From the human T2T-CHM13v2.0 reference genome, Homo sapiens: DNA of 64,000 bases. The stretch is from assembly GCA_009914755.4 (NCBI GenBank), contig CP068257.2, positions 736,001 through 800,000 on the forward strand, in the 5' to 3' direction. Both the position numbers and the translations under genes were made by a program. The notes under the pieces were generated by a model, which ran no database searches, was not told where the DNA came from, and saw nothing but the letters and a program-made list of their open reading frames with translations. Positions 54,982-64,000 of this stretch are shown here, piece by piece; the stretch's first letter is position 1, and every line of letters begins with the position of its first letter.

Positions 54982-56953
54982 TGTGCCTAAATTAACTTTT
55001 TGACATAACCCTGTACTGATCATCCAGGTGATGGGGCTTTTGTCTAGGCTCTGCCTAACGGGGCATTGTGACATATTTCTGCATTGATCACCCAGGTGGC
55101 GAACTCTTCTCTCGGATCTGCCTATGGGGGCATTGTGAGAAATCTCTGCACTGATCACCCAGGTGATGTAACTGTTGTGTAACCTCTGCCTACAGGGGAA
55201 TTGTGAGAGATCTCGCCACTGATTACCCAAGTGATGTAACCATTGTCTAGGCTTTGCGTACAGGGGCTTTGTGACATACCTTTTCACTGATCACCCAGGT
55301 GATGTAACACATCTAAGTTCGGCCTAAAGGAGCTTTGTGACATATCTCTGCACTGATCACTTAGGTGATGTAACACTTTTATAATCACTGCCTACAGGGA
55401 ATTTGACGAATCTCTGCACTCATCACCTAGGTGATGTAACTCTTGTCTACCCTCTGTCCAACGGGGCATTGTGAAATATCTCTGCACTGATCACCCAGGT
55501 GATTCAACTCTTGACTAGGAACTGCCTACAGAGGTTATTGTGAAATATCTCTGCACTGATAAACTAGGTGGTGTAACCCTTGTCCAAACTCTGCCTACAG
55601 GGGCGTTTCCACATATCCCTGAACTGATGACAAAGGTGATGTAACACTTGCCTAGGCTTTGCCTACAGGGGACATTGGACATATATCGGCACTGATCACC
55701 CAGGTGATGCAACTCTTGCCTAGGCTTTGCCTACAGGGGACATTGTGACATATCTCTTCAATGATCACTCATGTGATGCAACTCTAGCCTAGGCTTTGCC
55801 TACGGGGGACATTGTGACATATCTCTGCACTGATCTCCCAGGTACTTTAACTTTAGTCTAGGCTCTGGCTACACGTTATTGTGACATATCACTGCACTGA
55901 TCAACCAGGTGATATAACTCTTGTATAGGCTCTGCCTACAGGGGGATTGTGACCTACCTCTGCACTGATCACCCAGGTGATATAACTCTTCTCTAGGATC
56001 TGCCTACAGGGTGCTTTGTGACATATCCCTGCACTGATCACCCAGGTGATCTAACACCGGTCTAAGCTCTGCCTAAAGGGGCATTGTGACAGATCTCTGC
56101 ACTGATCACTCAGGTGACGTAACTATTGTCTAGGCTCTGCTTAAAGGGGCCTTGTCACATATCTCTGCACTGATCACCCAGGTGATGTAACTATTGTCTA
56201 GGCTCTGCTTCCAGGGCATATTGTGACATATCTATGCACTGATCACCTTAGTGATGTAACACTTGTGTAGGCTCGGCCTACAGGGGAATCTTGACATATC
56301 TCTGCACTCTTAAACGAGGTGATTTAACTCTTGTCCAGGCTGTGCCCACAGTGGGATTGAGACATATCTCTGCACTGATCCCGAGGTGATCCAACTCTTG
56401 CCTGGTCTCTGCCTACTGGGGACATTGTGACATATCTCTGCACTGATCTCCCAGGTGCTGTAAATTTAGTCTACGCTCTGGCTACACGGCATTGTGACAT
56501 ATCACTGCACTGATCACCCAGGCGATACAACTCTTGTCTAGGCTCTGCCTACAATGAACTTGTGACATATCTCTGCACTGATCACCCATGTGATATAACT
56601 CTTCTCTAGGATCTGACCACACGGTGCTTTGTGACATATCCCTGCAATGATCACCCAGGTGATATACCACTTGCCAAGGCTCTGCCTACAGGGGCATTGC
56701 AATGTATCTCTGCACTGATCACCTAGGTCTTGTAGCTAATTTCTAGGATCTGCCTACAGGGTGCTATGTGACGTGTCCCAGCAAGGATTACCCAGGTGAT
56801 GTACCTCTCATCAAGGCTCTGCCTAAAGGCACATTGCGATATATCTCTGCACTGATCACCTAGGTCATGTAACTTTTGTCTAGGATCTACCTAAGATGGC
56901 ATTGTGACATATCTCTGCACTAATCATCCAAGTGATGTAACACTTGTCTAGGA
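54982..56953. repeat. HOR copy U29, D-family 29-mer (1972 bp).
   Basis: Landmarks are at 54982 and 56954. Confidence 0.8.
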
Positions 56954-58924
56954 TGTGCCTAAATTAACTTTTTGACATAACCCTGTACTGATCATCCAGG
57001 TGATGGGGCTTTTGTCTAGGCTCTGCCTAAGGGGGCATTGTGACATATATCTGCATTGATCACCCAGGTGGCGAACTCTTCTCTCGGATCTGCCTATGGG
57101 GGCATTGTGAGAAATCTCTGCACTGATCACCCAGGTGATGTAATTGTTGTGTAACCTCTGCCTACACGGGAATTGTGAGAGATCTCGCCACTGATTACCC
57201 AAGTGATGTAACCATTGTCTAGGCTTTGCCTACAGGGGGCTTTGTGACATAACTTTGCACTGATCACCCAGGTGATGTAACACATCTAAGTTCGGGCTAA
57301 AGGAGCTTTGTGACACATCTCTGCACTGATCACTTAGGTGATGTAACACTTTTATAATCACTGCCTACAGGGAATTTGACGAATCTCTGCACTGATCACC
57401 TAGGTGATGTAACTCTTGTCTACCCTCTGTCCAACGGGGCATTGTGAAATATCTCTGCACTGAACACCCACGTGATTCAAATCTTGACTAGAAACTGCCT
57501 ACAGAGGTTATTGTGAAATATCTCTGCACTGATAAACTAGGTTGTGTAACCCTTCTCCAAGCTGTGCCTACAGTGGCGTTTCCACATATCCCTGAACTGA
57601 TGACAAAGGTGATGTAACTCTTGCCTAGGCTTTGCCTACAGGGGACATTGGACATATATCTACACTGATCACCCAGGTGATGCAACTCTTGCCTAGGCTT
57701 TGTCTACAGGGGACATTGTGACATATCTCTTCAATGATCACTCATGTGATGCATCTCTTGCCTAGGCTTTGCCAACAGGGGACATTGACATATCTCTGCA
57801 CTGATCTCCCAGGTGCTGTAACTTTAGTCTAGGCTCTGGCTACACGGCATTGTGACATATCACTGCACTGATCAACCAGGTGATATAACTCTTGTATAGG
57901 CTCTGCCTACATGGGGATTGTGACATACATCTGCACTGATCACCCAGGTGATATAACTCTTCTCTAGGATCTGCCTACAGGGTGCTTTGTGACATATCGC
58001 TGCACTGATCACCCAGGTGACCTAACTCTGGTCTAAGCTCTGCCTAAAGGGGCATTGTGACAGATCTCTGCACTGATCACTCAGGTGATGTAACTGTTGT
58101 CTAGTCTCTGTTTAAAGGGGCCTTGTCACATATCCCTGCACTGATTACCCAGGTGATGTAACTCTTGTCTAGGCTCTGCTTCCAGGGCATATTGTGACAT
58201 AACTATGCACTGATCACCTTATTGATGTAACACTTGTGTAGGCTCGGCCTACAGGGGAATCTTGACATATCTCTGCACTGTTAACCGAGGTGATTTAACT
58301 CTTGTCTAGGCTGTGCCCACAGGGGGATTGAGACATATCTCTGCACTGATCCCGAGGTGATCCAACTCTTGCCTGGTCTCTGCCTACTGGGGACATCGTG
58401 ACATATCTCTGCACTGATCTCCCAGGTGCTGTAAATTTTGTCTAGGCTCTGGCTACACGGTATTGTGACATATCACTGCACTGATCACCCAGGCGTTACA
58501 ACTCTTGTCTAGGCTCTGCCTACAATGGTCTTGTGACATATCTCTGCACTGATCACCCAGGTGATGTAACTCTTCTCTAGGATCTGACCACGGGGTGCTT
58601 TGTGACATATCCCTGCAATGATCACCCAGGTGATATACCACCTGCCAAGGCTCTGCCTACAGGGGCATTGCAATGTATCTCTGCACTGATCACCTAGGTC
58701 TTGTAGCTATTTTCTAGGATCTGCCTACAGGGTGCTTTGTGACGGGTCCCAGCAAGGATTACCCAGGTGATGTACCTCTCATCAAGGCTCTGCCTACAGG
58801 CACATTGCGATATATCTCTGCACTGATCACCTAGGTCATGTAACTTTTTTCTAGGCTCTACCTACGATGGTATTGTGACATATCTCTGCACTAATCATCC
58901 AAGTGATGTAACACTTGTCTAGGA
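56954..58924. repeat. HOR copy U30, D-family 29-mer (1971 bp).
   Basis: Landmarks are at 56954 and 58925. Confidence 0.8.
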
Positions 58925-60896
58925 TGTGCCTAAATTAACTTTTTGACATAACCCTGTACTGATCATCCAGGTGATGGGGCTTTTGTCTAGGCTCTGCCTA
59001 AGGGGGCATTGTGACATATTTCTGCATTGATCACCCAGGTGGCGAACTCTTCTCTCGGATCTGCCTATGGGGGCATTGTGAGAAATCTCTGCACTGATCA
59101 CCCAGGTGATGTAACTGTTGTGTAACCTCTGCCTACAGGGGAATGGTGAGAGATCTCGCCACTGATTACCCAAGTGATGTAACCATTGTCTAGGCTTTGC
59201 GTACAGGGGGCTTTGTGACATACCTTTGCACTGATCACCCAGGTGATGTAACACATCTAAGTTCGGCCTAAAGGAGCTTTGTGACACATCTCTGCACTGA
59301 TCACTTAGGTGATGTAACACTTTTATAATCACTGCCTACAGGGAATTTTGACAAATCTCTGCACTGATCACCTAGGTGATGTAACTCTTGTCTACCCTCT
59401 GTCCAACGGGGCATTGTGAAATATCTCAGGACTGAACACCCAGGTGATTCAACTCTTGACTAGGAACTGCCTACAGAGGTTATTGTGAAATATCTCTGCA
59501 CTGATAAACTAGGTGGTGTAACCCTTGTCCAAGCTCTGCCTACAGGGGCGTTTCCACATATCCCTGAACTGATGACAAAGTGATGTAACTCTTGCCTAGG
59601 CTTTGCCTACAGGGGCATTGGACATATATCTGCACTGATCACCCAGGTGATGCAACTCTTGCCTAGGCTTTGCCTACAGGGGACACTGTGACATATCTCT
59701 TCAATGATCACTCATGTGATGCATCTCTTGCCTAGGCTTTGCCAACAGGGGACATTGTGACATATCTCTGCACTGATCTCCCTGGTACTGTAACTTTAGT
59801 CTAGGCTCTGGCTACACAGCATTGTGACATATCACTGCACTGATCAACCAGGTGATATAACTCTTGTATAGGCTCTGCCTACAGGGGGATTGTGACCTAC
59901 CTCTGCACTGATCACCCAGGTGATATAACTCTTCTCTAGGATCTGCCTACAGGGTGCTTTGTGACATATCCCTGCACTGATCACCCAGGTGACCTAACTC
60001 TGTTCTAAGCTCTGCCTAAAGGGGCATTGTGACAGATCTCTGCACTGATCACTCAGGTGATGTAACTATTGTCTAGGCTCTGCTTAAAGGGGCCTTGTCA
60101 CATATCCCTGCACTGATCACCCAGGTGATGTAACTCTTGTCTAGGCTCTGCTTCCAGGGCATATTGTGACATAACTATGCACTGATCACCTTAGTGATGT
60201 AACACTTGTGTAGGCTCGGCCTACAGAGGAATCTTGACATATCTCTGCACTGTTAAACGAGGTGATTTAACTCTTGTCTAGGCTGTGCCCACAGGGGGAT
60301 TGAGACATATCTCTGCACTGATCCCGAGGTGATCCAACTCTTGCCTGGTCTCTGCCTACTGGGGACATTGTGACATATCTCTGCACTGATCTCCCAGGTG
60401 CTGTAAATTTTGTCTAGGCTCTGGCTACACGGCATTGTGACTTATCACTGCACTGATCACCCAGGCGATACAACTCTTGTCTAGGCTCTGCCTACAATGG
60501 TCTTGTGACATATCTCTGCACTGATCACCCAGGTGATATAACTCTTCTCTAGGATCTGACCACGGGGTGCTTTGTGACATATCCCTGCAATGATCACCCA
60601 GGTGATATACCACTTGCCAAGGCTCTGCTTACAGGGGCATTGCAATGTATCTCTGCACTGATCACCTAGGTCTTGTAGCTATTTTCTAGGATCTGCCTAC
60701 AGGGTGCTTTGTGACGGGTCCCAGCAAGGATTACCCAGGTGATGTACCTCTCATCAAGGCTCTGCCTACAGGCACATTGCGATATATCTCTGCACTGATC
60801 ACCTAGGACATGTAACTTTTGTCTAGGCTCTACGTACGATGGTATTGTGACATATCTCTGCACTAATCATCCAAGTGATGTAACACTTGTCTAGGA
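58925..60896. repeat. HOR copy U31, D-family 29-mer (1972 bp).
   Basis: Landmarks are at 58925 and 60897. There is a 1-bp deletion in caaagtgatgtaac near 59578. Confidence 0.8.
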
Positions 60897-62869
60897 TGTG
60901 CCTAAATTAACTTTTTGACATAACCCTGTACTGATCATCCAGGTGATGGGGCTTTTGTCTAGGCTCTGCCTAAGGGGGCATTGTGACATATTTCTGCATT
61001 GATCACCCAGGTGGCGAACTCTTCTCTCGGATCTGCCTATGGGGGCATTGTGAGAAATCTCTGCACTGATCACCCAGGTGATGTAACTGTTGTGTAACAT
61101 CTGCCTACAGGGGAATTGTGAGAGATCTCCCCACTGATTACCCAAGTGATGTAACCATTGTCTAGGCTTTGCGTACAGGGGGCTTTGTGACATACCTTTG
61201 CACTGATCACCCAGGTGATGTAACACATCTAAGTTCGGCCTAAAGGAGCTTTGTGACACATCTCTGCACTGATCACTTAGGTGATGTAACACTTTTATAA
61301 TCACTGCCTACAGGGAATTTTGACAAATCTCTGCACTGATCACCTAGGTGATGTAACTCTTGTCTACCCTCTGTCCAACGGGGCATTGTGAAATATCTCA
61401 GCACTGAACACCCAGGTGATTCAACTCTTGACTAGGAACTGCCTACAGAGGTTATTGTGAAATATCTCTGCACTGATAAACTAGGTGGTGTAACCCTTGT
61501 CCAAGCTATGCCTACAGGGGCGTTTCCACATATCCCTGAACTGATGACAAAGGTGATGCAACTCTTGCCTATGCTTTGCCTACAGGGACATTGGACATAT
61601 ATCTGCACTGATCACCCAGGTCATGCAACTCCTGCCTAGGCTTTGCCTACAGGGGACACTGTGACATATCTCTTCAATGATCTCTCATGTGATGCATCTC
61701 TTGCCTAGGCTTTGCCAACAGGGGACATTGTGACATATCTCTGCACTGATCTCCCTGGTACTGTAACTTTAGTCTAGGCTCTGGCTAAACGGCATTGTGA
61801 CATATCAATGCACTGATCAACCAGGTGATATAACTCTTGTATAGGCTCTGCCTACAGGGGGCTTGTGACCTACCTCTGCACTGATCACCCAGGTGATATA
61901 ACTCTTCTCTAGGATCTGCCTACAGGGTGCTTTGTGACATATCCCTGCACTGATCACCCAGGTGACCTAACTCTGGTCTAAGCTCTGCCTAAAGGGGCAT
62001 TGTGACAGATCTCTGCACTGATCACTCAGGTGATGTAACTATTGTCTAGGCTCTGATTAAAGGGGCCTTGTCACATATCCCTGCACTGATCACACAGGTG
62101 ATGTAACTCTTGTGTAGACTCTGCTTCCTGGGCATATTGTGACACAACTATGCACTGATCACCTTAGTGATGTAACACTTGTGTAGGCTCGGCCTACAGA
62201 GGAATCTTGACATATCTCTGCACTGTTAAACGAGGTGATTTAACTCTTGTCTAGGCTGTGCCCACAGGGGGATTGAGACATATCTCTGCACTGATCCCGA
62301 GTTGATCCAACTCTTGCCTGGTCTCTGCCTACTGGGGACATTGTGACATATCTCTGCACTGATCTCCCAGGTGCTGTAAATTTTGTCTAGGCTCTGGCTA
62401 CACGGCATTGTGACTTATCACTGCACTGATCACCCAGGCGATACAACTCTTGTCTAGGCTCTGCCTACAATGGTCTTGTGACATATCTCTGCACTGATCA
62501 CCCAGGTGATATAACTCTTCTCTAGGATCTGACCACGGGGTGCTTTGTGACATATCCCTGCAATGATCACCCAGGTGATATACCACTTGCCAAGGCTCTG
62601 CTTACAGCGGCATTGCAATGTATCTCTGTACTGATCACCTAGGTCTTCTAGCTATTTTCTAGGATCTGCCTACAGGGTGCTTTGTGACGGGTCCCAGCAA
62701 GGATTACCCAGGTGATGTACCTCTCATCAAGGCTCTGCCTACAGGCACATTGCGATATATCTCTGCACTGATCACCTAGGTCACGTAACTTTTGTCTAGG
62801 CTCTACCTACGATGGTATTGTGACATATCTCTGCACTAATCATCCAAGTGATGTAACACTTGTCTAGGA
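60897..62869. repeat. HOR copy U32, D-family 29-mer (1973 bp).
   Basis: Landmarks are at 60897 and 62870. Confidence 0.8.
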
Positions 62870-64000
62870 TGTGCCTAAATTAACTTTTTGACATAACCCT
62901 GTACTGATCATCCAGGTGATGGGGCTTTTGTCTAGGCTCTGCCTAAGGGGGCATTGTGACATATTTCTGCATTGATCAGCCAGGTGGCGAACCCTTCTCT
63001 CGGATCTGCCTATGGGGGCATTGTGAGAAATCTCTGCACTGATCACCCAGGTGATGTAACTGTTGTGTAACCTCTGCCTACAGGGGAATTGTGAGAGATC
63101 TCCCCACTGATTACCCAAGTGATGTAACCATTGTCTAGGCTTTGCGTACAGGGGGCTTTGTGACATACCTTTGCACTGATCACCCAGGTGATGTAACACA
63201 TCTAAGTTCGGCCTAAAGGAGCTTTGTGACACATCTCTGCACTGATCACTTAGGTGATGTAACTCTTGTCTACCCTCTGTCCAACGGGGCATTGTGAGAA
63301 ATCTCTGCACTGATCACCCAGGTGATGTAACTGTTGTGTAACCTCTGCCTACAGGGGAATTGTGAGAGATCTCGCCACTGATTACCCAAGTGATGTAACC
63401 ATTGTCTAGGCTTTGCGTACAGGGGCTTTGTGACATACCTTTTCACTGATCACCCAGGTGATGTAACACATCTAAGTTCGGCCTAAAGGAGCTTTGTGAC
63501 ATATCTCTGCACTGATCACTTAGGTGATGTAACACTTTTATAATCACTGCCTACAGGGAATTTGACGAATCTCTGCACTCATCACCTAGGTGATGTAACT
63601 CTTGTCTACCCTCTGTCCAACGGGGCATTGTGAAATATCTCTGCACTGATCACCCAGGTGATTCAACTCTTGACTAGGAACTGCCTACAGAGGTTATTGT
63701 GAAATATCTCTGCACTGATAAACTAGGTGGTGTAACCCTTGTCCAAACTCTGCCTACAGGGGCGTTTCCACATATCCCTGAACTGATGACAAAGGTGATG
63801 TAACACTTGCCTAGGCTTTGCCTACAGGGGACATTGGACATATATCGGCACTGATCACCCAGGTGATGCAACTCTTGCCTAGGCTTTGCCTACAGGGGAC
63901 ATTGTGACATATCTCTTCAATGATCACTCATGTGATGCAACTCTAGCCTAGGCTTTGCCTACGGGGGACATTGTGACATATCTCTGCACTGATCTCCCAG
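62870..64000. repeat. HOR copy U33, D family. It is truncated by the window end and contains an internal ~271-bp (4-monomer) tandem duplication.
   Basis: The landmark is at 62870. ttgtgagaaatctctgcactgatcacccaggtgatgtaactgttgtgtaacc occurs at 63021 and again at 63292. At the junction, cacttaggtgatgtaac joins tcttgtctaccctctgtccaacggggcattgtga, which skips one monomer. Confidence 0.75.

Larger units (their letters stand above)
1..64000. repeat. Continuous tandem satellite array, ~68-bp monomer, about 940 copies. Probable primate beta-satellite (Sau3A/BSR family), shown as the reverse complement of the usual consensus orientation.
   Basis: The same ~68-bp unit (consensus roughly CTCTGCCTACAGGGGCATTGTGACATATCTCTGCACTGATCACCCAGGTGATGTAACTCTTGTCTAGG) tiles the window end to end with no unique sequence between copies. 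Every monomer carries TGATCA/GATC. The reverse complement reads GATCAGTGCAGAGATATGTCACAATGCCCC..., which matches my recollection of the human beta-satellite 68-bp consensus. The satellite call is near certain (0.97). The beta-satellite family assignment comes from memory only (~0.6). Confidence 0.9.
52260..64000. repeat. Divergent HOR domain (D family). Same 29-monomer register as the core, but a few percent diverged from it and less homogenised between copies.
   Basis: The landmark becomes ggatgtgcctaaattaactttttgacataa instead of ggatctgcctaaattaactttgtgacataa. There are many fixed differences from the core, such as gatacaactcttgtctagg, cttgtagctattttctagg and ctgcttccagggc. Copy-to-copy differences are visibly larger than in the core. 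Confidence 0.85.

Noticed and set aside
61457-61639. The only plus-strand ORF (60 aa).
   Set aside because: It lies wholly inside D-family satellite monomers. It arises from private point mutations that remove the usual TGA and TAG codons. It is not conserved in sister HOR copies.
1-64000. A CRISPR array, since the window contains many short direct repeats.
   Set aside because: Repeats abut one another with no unique spacers. The 68-bp period is tiled by the repeat itself, and organisation into 2-kb HORs is not a CRISPR feature. There are no cas-like ORFs.
1-64000. A transposon, MITE or integrated mobile element, suggested by the dyad symmetry in every unit.
   Set aside because: There are no terminal inverted repeats bounding a unit, no target-site duplications, and no transposase. 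The dyad is a 14-bp motif internal to each monomer.
1-64000. An rDNA or tRNA array, or a telomeric or subtelomeric repeat.
   Set aside because: There is no rRNA or tRNA-like conserved structure, and the period is too short and regular. There are no TTAGGG runs.
1-64000. Alpha-satellite or a centromeric CENP-B-box-containing satellite.
   Set aside because: The monomer is 68 bp, not ~171 bp. No CENP-B box (TTCGTTGGAAACGGGA-like) is present.

Overview
The whole 64-kb window is one uninterrupted tandem satellite array. I see no credible protein-coding gene, RNA gene, transposon or CRISPR array, and nothing prokaryotic. I find no evidence of a novel biological system here.

The basic unit is a ~68-bp monomer, giving about 940 monomers. 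Each monomer carries a GATC (Sau3A) site inside a short dyad, ATCACC-CA-GGTGAT. From memory this matches the primate beta-satellite (Sau3A/BSR) consensus read as its reverse complement. That identification is unverified.

The monomers are organised in a three-level hierarchy:
- The 68-bp monomers diverge from each other by roughly 10-30%.
- 29 monomers form a ~1974-bp higher-order repeat (HOR). There are 33 copies here, about 98-99.9% identical between copies, plus polymorphic 28-mer copies of two different deletion types (1904-1905 bp) and 31-mer copies (2109 bp).
- HOR subtypes recur in a fixed order every 5-6 HOR units, giving a super-repeat of about 9.7-11.9 kb. This includes a near-perfect 9933-bp tandem duplication at ~17.6-27.4 kb and ~27.5-37.3 kb.

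At ~51.9-52.3 kb, inside one HOR copy, the array switches through a mosaic junction from the homogeneous core HOR family to a distinct HOR family. That family is a few percent diverged and less homogenised, and it runs to the end of the window.

All listed ORFs are reading-frame artefacts. The minus strand of the monomer is stop-codon-poor, and because 68 is not a multiple of 3 the same periodic peptide appears in every frame.

CpG is strongly depleted, which is consistent with methylated vertebrate heterochromatin.
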